Shown: positions 41,202-55,399 of the stretch, piece after piece
How the letters are laid out: every line of letters begins with the position of its first letter
Numbering within the stretch: position 1 is the first letter of the stretch
Assembly (NCBI GenBank): GCA_951406725.2
Contig: OX597840.1
Coordinates: 9,300,001 to 9,364,000, forward strand
Reading direction: 5' to 3'
DNA from: Octopus vulgaris
Lineage: Eukaryota
DNA: 64,000 nt
Position numbers and translations under genes: made by a program
Notes under the pieces: model-generated
What the model was told of the DNA's origin: nothing
Seen by the model: only the letters and a program-made list of their open reading frames with translations
Databases searched by the model: none

Positions 41202-43715
41202 CTATTTATCATGAAACCTATTATATAGGTAAAGTAACTTATGTCTGCATTTTATTTTGCGCTCTTCACCAGTATTAAGTAAATTATCATACTTATAAAA
41301 TAAAATTTCTTTAAACTCATTAGAGCATAAATAACAACAATTAGCTCCTATAGTATATGATTTAGTTTTACAAATTATTTCCCAAATTAAACTATAATTA
41401 ATATTTAGTGATTTAAGACTCCAAATGTACTTACTAAGTCCGGTTGAGTTGATTAAGTTTTTATTTTTAAAAGAATTCATATGTTGTGCGATTCTTAGTT
41501 TTATTTTTGAGGAAGTAGAACCTATATAAACCGCTTTTGTGTAATTATTATTCTTAAAGTTATTATCATGTAATGTAACTATACATTTATACACTACATC
41601 GTTAATATCACAATTATTTTTTAATATACAATTAGATTTATCTCTACATGTACAATTAATATAAGTCTTATCATTATTAATATTATTATCAAATAATTTC
41701 TTTTTATAAAAATTATTCAGTTTATATTTATTAAATGAAGAAATAATGTTACCAACATTATTAGTGGTAGAGTAACCAACTCCAAAATTATTAAAAGAGA
41801 AAATGTTTCTATATTTACGATTATCTCTAATAAATAGTTCTATAACATCTAAAATCTCTTTAATAATATTCGTTTTTACTTGATCTCCATAAGGAACTAT
41901 TAACCAAATTTTATTCTTATTAACCTTATTATTATTATCATTATTATAAATATATTTATAATTCTTTATTTTATTAAAATTATTATCAGAATTATATCTA
42001 TGTACAGCATTTAAGGAATTATTAATATTATTAAATTTATCAATATAATTATAATAATTATTAAATTTATTTTTATTTTTATTATTCTTATTTATATTAT
42101 TATTATTATATTTATTATTATTATTATTATTCTTATTTATATTTTTATCATTTTTATTATTTTTTTTATAATATCTATTATTTTTACCACTAAACCTAAC
42201 AAAATTATAATTATTATTAGAAGTATCTCGAAAATTAACAATTAAATCTTTATCACTAATATTATAAAATTTAATATTCCTATTATAACCTGCCCCTCTA
42301 AGGGCCTCATTATAATATTTAGCATGTTTATTAAAAATCTCTATATCATAAGAGAGTAATGAAATACGTTTACTTATATTATTAATCAACGATTTTTTAA
42401 TAGAAAATGGGTGATTACTATTAACATTTATATATCTAAGGTTCTCATTAAGTTTATGATATGGTTGTGTTTTACCTGTAATAAGATTAAAATTAACATC
42501 TAAATAATTAACATTATAATTCTCCTTATATATAGTAATACTTAAACCATATCTTTTAAAGAAACTATATAATTTTTTCTTATATACTTCTAGATTCCTA
42601 TTAGTACAATTCTTTGTAACTAGTAGAAGATCGTCTCTATATAAACCACCCTCTATCTTAAGATTTTCTAATTGGAGTTCAGATAAAAGAAAAATACCTA
42701 CTAAATCAGTAGCCTGTGCAGAATCTGGTGCTCCCATAGGTATATCAAAACAATCTCTAGTATCATTCCTAGCCCATAATTTATTTTTATATTTAATTAG
42801 CGATTTCCTAGCCATTTTAATTACATTAACTTCTTCCCGTGACATACCCACTTTATTCATTGCGAAAATAAGCGCTTTATTAAACACAATTTCATTAATA
42901 GAAGAATAATAATTATCTATATCTATTTGAATAAATTTATAACGATTTTTATCTTTAATATTATTAAACCATTTCAATGTATTATTATTACTAAACCATA
43001 ATTTTAAATAATTAAGTTTATTTAACTTATCAATATATTTATCTAAAATAAATTTACTTAATTTACCTAGGTCCGATTTACATGGGCAAATTAATCTAAC
43101 TTTAGGGTCTGAATAAAAATTATCTTTATGGTCTTTAAGAGTAATTCTGGGGTGCAAAGGTACATAAGGTTCAGTTTTATTATCCAACTCATATTTTAAC
43201 ATTACTACTTTAGAGGCCTTATTAATATTATAAAGAATATCATCTGGAACAATTTTATATTTTTTAATTATTTCTTTCCCTAATAGTTTATCATATAATT
43301 TAACATCTAATTTATATAAGTTCCTTGTTTTATCAGATTGTACTATAATACCATCCATATTTCTCATATCTTTAATTTTAATTGCTAAATTCCTTAAATA
43401 TTCATTATTTCTATTAGGGTATTTATGGAATTCAATATTTTTTACCACCTTCCATATACTATCTTCAAGTAATTGTAATTCTTTATTAAATGGAGGTTCC
43501 TTTCTAGATTTAAATTTAGAGGTAAAATTATCATTCCTACTATCAATATCATTAAATAAATAAAAATTATAGTAAAAAGCTTTCCATTTAATTCTAGAAA
43601 TAAAATCTTTAACATTATTAACAAGTTTCAAGATAAATTCCTTTCTAGAAGGAATAGGAATATCTTTCAAAGATGAATCCCAAAACAGCGGTTCTATCTT
43701 ACCTGTAAAATCCAT
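41202..43715 (-). CDS. PLE polyprotein: reverse transcriptase + C-terminal GIY-YIG endonuclease (837 aa, uninterrupted)
   Basis: IQIDIDNYYSSI, IPMGAPDS, GLYRDD, YLDVNF, SNHP. Then CTCR..C..C, VVY..YIGST..RIAQH, CYLC, LN..E..CRH. Confidence 0.93.
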   Translation of the reverse strand: MDFTGKIEPLFWDSSLKDIPIPSRKEFILKLVNNVKDFISRIKWKAFYYNFYLFNDIDSRNDNFTSKFKSRKEPPFNKELQLLEDSIWKVVKNIEFHKYPNRNNEYLRNLAIKIKDMRNMDGIIVQSDKTRNLYKLDVKLYDKLLGKEIIKKYKIVPDDILYNINKASKVVMLKYELDNKTEPYVPLHPRITLKDHKDNFYSDPKVRLICPCKSDLGKLSKFILDKYIDKLNKLNYLKLWFSNNNTLKWFNNIKDKNRYKFIQIDIDNYYSSINEIVFNKALIFAMNKVGMSREEVNVIKMARKSLIKYKNKLWARNDTRDCFDIPMGAPDSAQATDLVGIFLLSELQLENLKIEGGLYRDDLLLVTKNCTNRNLEVYKKKLYSFFKRYGLSITIYKENYNVNYLDVNFNLITGKTQPYHKLNENLRYINVNSNHPFSIKKSLINNISKRISLLSYDIEIFNKHAKYYNEALRGAGYNRNIKFYNISDKDLIVNFRDTSNNNYNFVRFSGKNNRYYKKNNKNDKNINKNNNNNNKYNNNNINKNNKNKNKFNNYYNYIDKFNNINNSLNAVHRYNSDNNFNKIKNYKYIYNNDNNNKVNKNKIWLIVPYGDQVKTNIIKEILDVIELFIRDNRKYRNIFSFNNFGVGYSTTNNVGNIISSFNKYKLNNFYKKKLFDNNINNDKTYINCTCRDKSNCILKNNCDINDVVYKCIVTLHDNNFKNNNYTKAVYIGSTSSKIKLRIAQHMNSFKNKNLINSTGLSKYIWSLKSLNINYSLIWEIICKTKSYTIGANCCYLCSNEFKEILFYKYDNLLNTGEERKIKCRHKLLYLYNRFHDK

Positions 43716-43949
43716 AATTTACGAAATTGAGGTATTACACTCAATATACAAAATTATCAATATTATATAAATAATAAATATTAGGGAATAAATCCAAATT
43801 TACAGGGAAAAAAATCAGATTTAGGATTAAATCCAATTTTATAGTAAAATATTATAAAATATTATTAGAGACAAAACCACTATTTTGCAAAACAAACAAG
43901 GAAAGACTTAATCAATACATAAAATTTTAATAAATAGTCAAAAAAACCG

Positions 43950-43992
43950 CCACTACAATCGTTTCTTGTCTTGATCGACAATCTTCAGGTGG
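43950..43992 (-). ncRNA. Hammerhead ribozyme motif in 5' pLTR of the Hydra-type PLE
   Basis: Identical to 37653-37695. Confidence 0.85.
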
Positions 43993-45218
43993 ACTTCAAT
44001 CTAAAATATCAATATTTTAAAATATACAAATAATAATTTTAAAATAATTAAAGTATGAATGAAAAAATATAAATATATAATCCATATATAACCTATATAT
44101 AATCCATATATAATCAATATATAAACAATATATAAACTAAAATAAACCTATCAACAATTAAATATAAAATATAAAATATAAAATATAAAACAAAACAAAA
44201 AAATAATAATAATATAATAATAAACTATATATACACCCATACACATATACCTAATTATATATAACCATATCTAACTACATACACTAAACCACACACCTAT
44301 ATATATATCCCTATACATACACATAAAAACGTCTAGGCAACTATAAATAAATAAAATAGCTAAATACTTCAACACAATACTTATTCATACTCCCACACAC
44401 ACACACATACAACCCACATTCACGCTCTAGAAAACGGACATCACTCAAAATTATGAACGGAGAAATGGAATAAATGGAATTAAAAATTATATTCACTTGG
44501 TAAAACGAACACTACTTAATATATAATTTCAACAATTGAGGGTAAAATTAATTAATTATTAATCAATTTCACCAAGTATTCAGTATGTAAAGGGACCATT
44601 TAAGGCGAATTCAAATTATTACATTTTATATAAAAGGGCTTAGTAAAATAAATTACTTTGCCACATACTGAACTCATTAGAAATAGCAGCTAAAAAAACT
44701 TTTTTAAAACTATTTCTAATACTTAAAGAAAATCTCTCTCATATAGAGATATGAAACGCTATATGAGAGAGATTTTCTTTAAGTATTAGAAATAGTTTAA
44801 AAAAAGTTTTTTTAGCTGCTATTTCTAATGAGTTCAGTATGTGGCAAAGTAATTTATTTTACTAAGCCCTTTTATATTATATATATATATATATATATTT
44901 ATATATTTATATATTATATTAAATTAGAGATAAAACCACTATTAGGCAAATCAAACAGTGAAAAACATAAGCCAATTCATAAAATTAATTAAAATATATA
45001 AAAGTTAAAAATTAAAATAATTTAAACTTATAAATTTTAAATATATATATACAAATATATATATATATGTATGTATATTTTTATATTTATATATTAGTTT
45101 GTTTATTAATTAATTTATTTATTTATCAAAAGAAATTTTTTTTTAAATTAATTTTTTTTTTGTTATATATTTAAATATCAAAAGTATTACGATTTATTCC
45201 CTAATATTATTATTATTA

Positions 45219-45249
<31 letters not shown>

Positions 45250-45287
45250 CATACATATATTTATATATACATACATATATATATATA

Positions 45288-45348
<61 letters not shown>

Positions 45349-45927
45349 TATATATATGCACACGCTTTGGCATCTTTAGTCACTTTTATTGAAAATTAGA
45401 TTTTCCTTTATGGTATTACATTGCACCTAGCTGTTGATAATTAATTATAAATACATGCGTGCGTACATGCATACATACATACAATCATACATACAATTTA
45501 TTGTTCTGTTATTCGTAGATGGGTAGAATCAATAAAAAATATACTCTGGTGAGGGATAAATGTAATTAAATATATACAGTACTTAAATACAAGCTGCTAC
45601 TTGTTTCACAATAAACAGACAGATTTATATATCATGCCTTGTGTTTTCATATATATATATATATATATAAATATATATATCTTGTTTCATGTATATATTT
45701 ATATCTATACTGTACTTTATAATCTCCGACGAGACCTATGGAAATATATAAGTACCTCATTTTTAACTGCCTACAACCTCAATAAATTGACTTGTATGAA
45801 TATAAAAATCACTTTTTCCAAAGGCTGAAACAAGTGTAAGAGTGATTTTAATGATTCCAATAATATGTATTAAGGTTTTTTTTAAAATTGAATTCTCATC
45901 TCGTATGTATTGAATTTTAATGTATGT

Positions 45928-45958
<31 letters not shown>

Positions 45959-45969
45959 ATACATACATA

Positions 45970-46014
<45 letters not shown>

Positions 46015-46063
46015 ATATATATATTTACATATCCGTATATATATATATATATATATACCATTA

Positions 46064-46106
<43 letters not shown>

Positions 46107-46310
46107 CAAAACAAATTAGATTCAAATGAATATGGTACTTAATTTAGATGCACCAGAATTTTTTATGGTATTACCCTTAAAATTACGTGGGTTGATTATA
46201 ACCCAAAAATAGGCAACAAGAATGGATCCGGTAATTTAGTACAATTGTTTCATACTATAACAATTTATTAAAGCTGCAAATATTACAGCAAATATAATAT
46301 GTCAAGTAAT

Positions 46311-46393
<83 letters not shown>

Positions 46394-46535
46394 TAATACA
46401 AATAAGAAAATGGAGAAACAATTTCGTTGGCTTATCAGCTTTAGAATATTAGAATGTTGACTTATTTAACAAAACGAGAACCATAATAACATGTACAAAT
46501 ATAATAAACGTACTTCCATCTTTTATATTTTTCAG

Positions 46536-46642
46536 CATCTGGGATGTGTACATCAACAGCGTCTGATATTGGAGCCACGAAACAGCTCCTCATAAACGCA
46601 TGGATTTATACTGGACTCTTACTTGTTTGGCAAATGGCTTGA
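46536..46642 (+). CDS. Gene 1 probable last coding exon with GPI-anchor-type tail (TSGMCTSTASDIGATKQLLINAWIYTGLLLVWQMA*)
   Basis: ttttcag acceptor in phase 1. Small-residue stretch then hydrophobic end and TGA. Supplies the third Cys lacking in C2. Total CDS length is divisible by 3. Not in the ORF track. Confidence 0.7.
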
Positions 46643-46741
46643 TCAGAAACAGTGAACAGCTATAAACGCTACAAATACCAATGAACACTTATTGACTCAC
46701 ACAAACACATCCTTACGTATATATATGTATATATATACAAT

Positions 46742-46747
46742 AATAAA
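46742..46747 (+). terminator. Candidate polyadenylation signal of gene 1
   Basis: AATAAA 100 nt after the stop. The context is AT-rich, so support is weak. Confidence 0.35.
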
Positions 46748-46976
46748 TTCAGGATGAATAATTGATAAGTGTAAGCACCTGTATATATATTGATTGAGAA
46801 AACGTTATGGACGGATTTTTGGAGTCCAATAATACCCTGTACACCTATTTGATTATGAAGATTTACAAACATTCTTTCCCAGTGATACTCGGTTTACTTA
46901 CCATTATAAATAATACCAAATGTTCTTTCTCAAACCTTTCATAATGTGATACAAGTCTTTGGTGTAGCAATTGCAC

Positions 46977-47069
46977 GCGGCTGAAGAAGGCTTTTGAACT
47001 ATCTGTTATGTCAATTATACATTGATGTAAGAATAAGTTGTTTTATAAAGCTCGAAACATGTGTACCAC
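46977..47069 (+). ncRNA. Hammerhead motif just downstream of gene 1 stop
   Basis: GCGG-CTGAAGA-AGGCTTT...AAAGCTC-GAAA-CATGTG-TA-CCAC (one stem I mismatch). Confidence 0.6.
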
Positions 47070-47139
47070 AACATCCTTTGCGTCCTGTTTTTCATTTTAT
47101 TTCATTTGATACATATATGTATATATATAGAGATATGCA

Positions 47140-47451
<312 letters not shown>

Positions 47452-48412
47452 GGTGCAGTAACAATTCTGATGGTTTAACCCCTTAGTTTCTAACATAAAT
47501 TAACTTTAATTAACATAAATTAACATAAATTAATATGTGGTGCTATGCAAAGGTGTCCATGCAATTCTACATAAAACCACATTACACTCTGTAAAGTGGT
47601 TGGCATTTTGAAGTGCGTCCAGCCATAGAGACAATGCGAAATCAGATTGGAGTCTGGTACAATTCCTCAGTTTGCCAGCTCTGGTCGCACTGTCCAACCC
47701 ATGCCAGCATGGACAATGGATGTTAAATGATGATGATGATGATGATGTGATGAAAGTTCAAACTTCAAAATGAGATAAACAAGGAAAAAATGGAGATGGT
47801 CAGGGGGCAGGTTGGCATTAAAAAGGGCTAAAGTTAATGATAAAAAAAATGTTAAAAAGAAAAAAATGGCAAACCCTCAAAAAACTGATACGTATATATT
47901 AATGAATTAAAAATTCCATCACACAGGTGTTTAATTAAATTTTTATTGTTTTAAACCTAAAGAGACATCAACAATAAAAATGTAGAAGTCATCATCTCGA
48001 AGGAAACAAAAAGACAACAACAGAAATTAAAGTTTAAAAATGACATTCTTTTCTTCAGGATTTTATATGTATAAAACTTTTAATTTCCAGATTTTTTTAA
48101 AAATATGCTAGGCCACAGGTTTTAATTGATTAATATCAATTTCTACCCTTATTTAATTATATATATATGTGTATATATATATATATGAATTTTTTGTGAA
48201 ATGAGATACAAAAAACCAAGGCTGTATAGATATTAGAGCATTTATAGATAGAAGGTCTTACAGCTGTTTCTAGAATATTTATTAATAATATTATCCCTTC
48301 ATCGGAGACGGTGTGAGAGGAAAAATTTAGTCATAGTTAGTTTCGATGTGATAAAAAATAGAGAGTGAGGTGGAGGAAAGAAAAATAGATGTAAGATATA
48401 GTTAATTTCGAT

Positions 48413-48468
<56 letters not shown>

Positions 48469-48647
48469 CATATATATATATATAGGCGCAGGAATGGCTG
48501 TATGGTAAGTAGCTTGCTTAGCAACCACATGGTCCTGGGTTCATTTCCACTGCATGGCACCTTGGGCAAGTGTGTTCCACTATAGCCTCGGCCCGACCAA
48601 AGCCTTGTGAGTGGATATGGGAGACGGAAACTGAAAGAGGCCCGTCG

Positions 48648-48680
<33 letters not shown>

Positions 48681-48902
48681 GTTTGTGTGTGTATATGTTG
48701 TCTCTTCAACTGATGCTGGTGTGTTTACGTCTCCGTAACTTAGCAGTTCGGCAAAAGAGACCGATAGAATAAGTACAAGGCTTCCAAAGAATAAGTCCGG
48801 GGGTCGAGTTGCTCGACTAAAGGCGATGCTCCAGCATGGCCGCAGTCAAATGACTGAAACAAGTAAAAGAGTAAAAGAGTATATATATATGTATATATGT
48901 AT

Positions 48903-48950
<48 letters not shown>

Positions 48951-50902
48951 ATACACACTCGCGTGTATGTGTGCACGCACGCAGCTGTATATGCATGCAC
49001 TAGCGCTATGACCCGGCGTTGCGGGATCACAGTGCTAGTAGATTAATAATCCTCTAACATTCTTCTACTACTCCCTGCAAGGTTAAATTTTGCCCCCGTT
49101 CTAATTTCGCTAATATCCGGGAATCTACATCTCCATCTTTGCCTGCAGTAAACCCTTGAAAAAAGAAATTAAACTCGTGAACATGTCCAGAATGGACTCA
49201 TTCAGTTTGAATTTCTCACACTCTCTGTTAACCAATCCAGCATAGGTGGCGAAATCTTCGTCACATTTTTTTTACCAAATTTAAACATTGCCAGTGTCTG
49301 TTGTGTAGATGTACGTTGACAGATGCAAGCAAACGTACATCTACACCAACAGACACACAAACATATATGGGACAGAAATTCTTCCACTGAAATTTAAGGT
49401 AAGGGAGTAAAAAGTTCATAGTATTCGCGTAAGTGCGTCTGTTCATACCTACACATGTGCGCCCGCACATACACATGCGTACGCCTACATTCATCCACCT
49501 TCAATAGAAAAACGTACACACCTTCACTCACGCATGTGTGTGTGGGTTTGTATGTATATGCATATACATTTGGCGAAGGATTCATAACTATTATTGCTCT
49601 TAGCAATATAAGTGACTCGTCACTAAAGATGTTACGTACCTCCACCAAGCAGCTCCTCGTAAGCCCCTTTTAAAACTTAGTATTTGACTTCACTTATATA
49701 CATCATATACATACGTATACATAAATAAATCTGTGTGTGTATGCATATATATATGTATATGTATAATTATTGATATTTGACTTAGGATGATAGGACGGAG
49801 AAATGACATTTCGATGAACTAGTCTGATGTAATTTGAGTTCCATTATCAGTAACAATGGTATCCGATATACCACACCTGGCGAACAATTCGTGTAAAAAC
49901 TTATCGTAACCGCTGACGTCGCCTTTTTACATTTATGCACATCCGTCCACTTTGAAAATCTGTCCCCCCACAACAATTTGAACTCAGAACGTAGCGGCAG
50001 ACGAAATACTCGTTTCTTTATTACCCAAAAGGGGCTACACATAGAGGGGACAAACAAGGACAGACAAACGGATTAAGTCGATTATATCGACCCCAGTGCG
50101 AAACTGGTCCTTATTTAATCGACTCCGAAAGAAAGGCAAAGTCGACCTCGGCGGAATTTGAACTCAGAACGTAGCGGCAGACGAAATACCTATTTCTTTA
50201 TTACCCACAAGGGACAGAACACAGTGTAGGATAAACAAGGACAGACAAACGGATTAAGTCGATTATATCGACCCCAGTGCGTAACTGGTACTTATTTAAT
50301 CGACCCCGAAAGGATGAAAGGCAAAGTCGACCTCGGCGGAATTTGAATTCAGAACGTAGCAACAGACGAAATACCGCTATGCATTTCGCCCGGCGTGCTA
50401 ACGTAGATTCAGTGTTCATATTTTTTTCTTGCCCGACGCCAGTTGACACACTTGAATCTGAGAGCAATCTTTCTCTTCAATTTTATTTGCGTCACGTCAT
50501 AAATTAATAATCCTCTGACATTCTTCTAGTACTGCCGGCAGGATTAAATTTGATCCTGATCAAGTTTTGCTAATATTTAGGATGGTATATCTCCATCATT
50601 TTTTGCAGTAAGCTCTTGAACAAAAATGAAAGACTTGAACATATCCGGAGTGATTTCATTCAATTTCAATTTCCCACGCTCTCTGTTAACCACTCCAAAT
50701 AGGTGACGAAATCTTCGTCGTCTTTTTTGACCAAATTTAAACATTGCAAATGAGTATTGAACAGGGAACTTCTTCCACCGAAAATCTCTCTATATAAGAC
50801 TCAACTTGTGTGTCTGTGTGTGTATCTGTGCGTGTGTCTGTGTGTTTCACTTTTGGATCTACCAAGTTTCATTATTAAGGATAAAAAGTAGTGTGTAGCA
50901 AA

Positions 50903-51285
50903 TCTATATATATAAAGCTGAAGTTGTCTGTGGCAGGTTTGGTAGCCTTCAACTAACACTATCTCCTTCGAGACCCTGCAGCGCAAGTTGACCAAAATTG
51001 AGAGTATGATAGAAGAAGGCTTGCTCTTCATTCTGTAGAAGATAAAATTCAAATCGGACCATGTTAGTACCAAAAATTATTTACATCAAAATGGTGCTTT
51101 TTTCTATGAAAATCCCTATTTTTTACGATTTTGACTGCTGTGTCACCATTTTTCGGTGTATTTCAATTGGAAAAATGTTTACTTGAAGAGAATAACAAGT
51201 TGCATAATGCAAAACTTTTACTTTTCAAGAATTCCAATTCTAAAGGGTCGAAACAAACCCAAGCAACACCGGCTGATACTGCTGG
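50903..51285 (+). mobile_element. Non-autonomous Helitron-like element (related 3' end)
   Basis: TCTATATATATAAAG start and aaacccaagcaacaccggctgatactgctgg end. Confidence 0.55.
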
Positions 51286-51729
51286 TTTTTAATGAAATAG
51301 TAATTGTTTCTTCGAAATTAATCTTACCTGGCTTCTTCGATAGAATATAATTACTATCTTTTAAGGCGGCGAGCTGGCAGAACCGTTAGCACGCCGGGCG
51401 AAATGCGTAGCCGTATTTCGTCTGCTGTTACGTTCTGAGTTCAAATTCCGCCGAGGTCGCCGGTGGTGCATAAAGGTACCCACTACACTCTCGGAATGGT
51501 TGGCGTTAGGAAGGGCATCTAGCTGCAGAAACAGCTATATATATATACTGTTGAACATAAAATATCTGTGCATCTTCCCTTTTTTTTTCACAACAATTTA
51601 CGAGTACCAGTTACGCACTGGGGTCGATCAAATTGACTGGCCTCCTCCCCCAAAATTTCAGGCTTTATACCTAGATTAGAAAAAATTTACGACTTGGGGA
51701 AAAACATTTTCATCGTACCTTTTCACTAT

Positions 51730-51920
<191 letters not shown>

Positions 51921-52002
51921 TATATACATACGTATATGTACATACATCTATACGCATATATATATGTATAGATGTAAGTATGTACATATTCGTATGTATA
52001 TA

Positions 52003-52064
<62 letters not shown>

Positions 52065-52513
52065 CAATAATATATCTCTGAACGAAGTATATATATCTAT
52101 ATATATAGGGGTAAAATATGAAAAATCAACGAAAATGCATATTGCAAATAGAAAAAGGCTATTTATGACAGGTAGTGACAAATATATACATTTAGATTGA
52201 CTGAGGTAGTAATATGAGTCATAAAAGTCATTATTATGAGATGATAATAAAGTAAGAGAACAAAACGAACCAATTGGTTTAAGCCTTTATGACTCGTATT
52301 TAGGGAATCGTAGTGGAGAAGATATGATATTGCTATGGGCTCGCTCTAGGCAAAAAGTTAAAATTTTTTTGTCGATGACACTCCCCGGACCCTAAGTAAG
52401 GCATGTGTAAAATTTGAATGAAATTGGTTGTGTAGTTCTCAAGTTTTAGGGAAACACACAGACAGACAGACAGACAGACAGACAGATACAGATTCTAAGT
52501 TTTATATTTATAA

Positions 52514-52653
<140 letters not shown>

Positions 52654-52737
52654 TATTATTTATATTATATGATTGAACGTCACGCATCCTCGTCCAAGTA
52701 AGTTTTATCTCTCTGTCTCTCTCTCTCTATCTATCTG

Positions 52738-52796
<59 letters not shown>

Positions 52797-52801
52797 GTCT
52801 G

Positions 52802-52871
<70 letters not shown>

Positions 52872-52885
52872 ATCTATCTATCCAT

Positions 52886-54066
52886 CAAAAAGAGGCCGAG
52901 GAAGGGCGAATGGCACCGCGAGTGTCGCGTTGCTCTCAAGCAACTCTGCCGTCCTGGGTCAACCTTGAGTGACTCCATCACAACCAAAGCATTCTATAGG
53001 GGATTAGTGGAGGGGAGGTACGACGACGAGCTCGGGGCGAAGCTGGACGTCGACGAGGAATACCTGACCCGCCTGTTCGGGACGACTTTCGGGCCAGGGC
53101 CCATGGACAACTTCCAGAGATCCCAGGCCTGGCAGTGCTACCGAGAAGCGCTACCCGTTCGGGATAAGCTCTACAGACACGGCTCGAGAAACACGGGGCC
53201 GACCTGCCCGAGATGCTGGCAGAGCGACGAAACCGTTCTGCACGCAATCGTGCAGAGTCCAACAATTTCCGACCTGTGGGCTTATGTCGAACAACTGCTG
53301 TCACGTGTGGGACGACTCGGTTTATCAGCTGAGTCTATCGTCAATATTGTCACGCCTCCTTCCTTCAAACGGGAAGGAAGAGCTATTTTCATCATCCTTG
53401 TGGCTATGGCGAAAGAATGTATCTGGTGGACGCGTCTGAAAGGATTGGAGACAAACACTTTCCTCTCTGGTCAACCTCTCATCAACTTCTTCAAGTACCA
53501 CTTGCAAAGGAAAGTGAGAGTAGAGAGGCAAGTTTTGTCTAGCGAACGTTTTAAAAAAAGATGGGTGAATGTAGCAAGGATGGCACGTATGAAATACGAA
53601 GCCACCTTGAGCATAATCCTATGAACCCAGAAATTGAAAACAGAGGGTTACCCACTTGCAAACAAATGTGGTAACATATAACAATATTGACCAAGGTTAC
53701 CGTGGTCTTTTTCGTAGGCTTTTCTTCCCACGGATAAACCTTACTTGCTTTCCCCTTTACACCATACATCATGACACTGTGATACACGATCCCTATTGAT
53801 CGTTTTTTTTCCTCTCTCCCCCTTTTTTCTTCTTTTTTCAGTTTTCTTTTCTTTTTCCCTTTTTCTTTTTTTCCCCTTTTTCTTTTTTTTTCTTCTTTTT
53901 TTTTCTTTACTTTTTTTTCTTTTTTTTCTTTTTTTTGTTCTTTATTCCCTTTTACGATCCCTTTTGATCGAAAACCTACGCCACCTTTTTTTTTCTCCCG
54001 CAAAAGAAAAGCTCTGCCTTGTAGCTTGTCCCCTCTGTGTGCAGCCCTGTGTGGCCAATAAAGAAA
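52886..54066 (+). mobile_element. L1/Tx1-type LINE 3' fragment (C-terminal Cys/His knuckle + T-rich 3'UTR) in (CTAT)n
   Basis: ALPVRDKL..CPRCWQSDETVLHAI..W motif, T-rich UTR, AATAAA near 54057. Confidence 0.75.
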
Positions 54067-54081
54067 CTTATCCATGTATCC

Positions 54082-54157
<76 letters not shown>

Positions 54158-54171
54158 GTCTGTCTATCTGC

Positions 54172-54249
<78 letters not shown>

Positions 54250-54271
54250 GTCTGTCTGTCTGTCTGTCTGC

Positions 54272-54327
<56 letters not shown>

Positions 54328-54338
54328 GTGTGTGTCTA

Positions 54339-54386
<48 letters not shown>

Positions 54387-54671
54387 TTCTACGACTTCGG
54401 GAAGGCGGCGAGCTGTCTCGTGCTTTAATCAAGACACGCTTTCAAATGCTAAATTGTTTAAAAATCGTGATTCTGTTTCGTGTTGCTTTTCGTATTGTTC
54501 TTCAATGACTATCAAAAGTCCCCTAATACAGATTTCATTCCCGTTTGTGTAACGGTAATTATGCAAACACGGATAAATGCCGTTGATCGCTTGACAATTG
54601 CTTGCATCATATTGTAAGTGGGATGGTTGTGACGAAGCTGGAAAATTTTGTACGCGCATTGCATGTGTACA

Positions 54672-54770
<99 letters not shown>

Positions 54771-55399
54771 ACGTGTGAAACGCATGGCGCAGTGGTTAGA
54801 GCGTCGAGTTTACGATCGAATCCCGGACCGGGTTGCGTGTTGTGTTCTTGAGCAAGACACTTTATTTCACATTGCTCCAGTTCACTCAGTTGTAGAAACG
54901 AGCTGTAGTCAAGCTGTATCGGCCCCTTTGCTTTGGATGACATCGGTGGCGTGGAGAGGGGAGCTGTTATGCATGGACGAATGCTGGTCTTCCATAAACA
55001 ACCTTGCCCGGACTTGTGCCTGGGAGGGTAACTTTCTAGGTTCAATCCCATGGTGATTTATGATAAGGGGTAAATTAAGTACCAGCTACGCACTTGGGTC
55101 GATGTAATTGACTTAATCCCTTTGTTTGTCTTATCTATGTTTAGCCCCCTGTGGGCAATAAAGAAATAAAAAAATTTTAAGCATAATCTATATGTAGGCT
55201 CTGGACAGTCAGGGTTATAGCAGAAAACACATTTGGCATCTGAAAGTTGAGAAAAGAGCAGGTGTTGAGGTACACCTGGTGAGTAGATTAGCTTCGGATT
55301 TGTACCCCAGAGTGGTGTTTCCACATTACCTGCATGGTTTTATGCTTCTTAAGGGGTTTTGCAGTCCGTGCGGTCTGGCAAACTGGTCGAGTCATTGAC

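Larger units (their letters stand above)
37560..44519 (-). mobile_element. Full-length Penelope-like retroelement, Hydra-type, with ~660-bp pseudo-LTRs
   Basis: Near-identical direct repeats 37560-38220 and 43860-44519 flank one RT+GIY-YIG ORF. Each repeat has a hammerhead. Abuts a (TA)n tract. Confidence 0.9.

Noticed and set aside
53551-54075. Lys/Glu-rich 174-aa ORF
   Set aside because: Antisense reading of the T-rich 3'UTR of the L1/Tx1 fragment.
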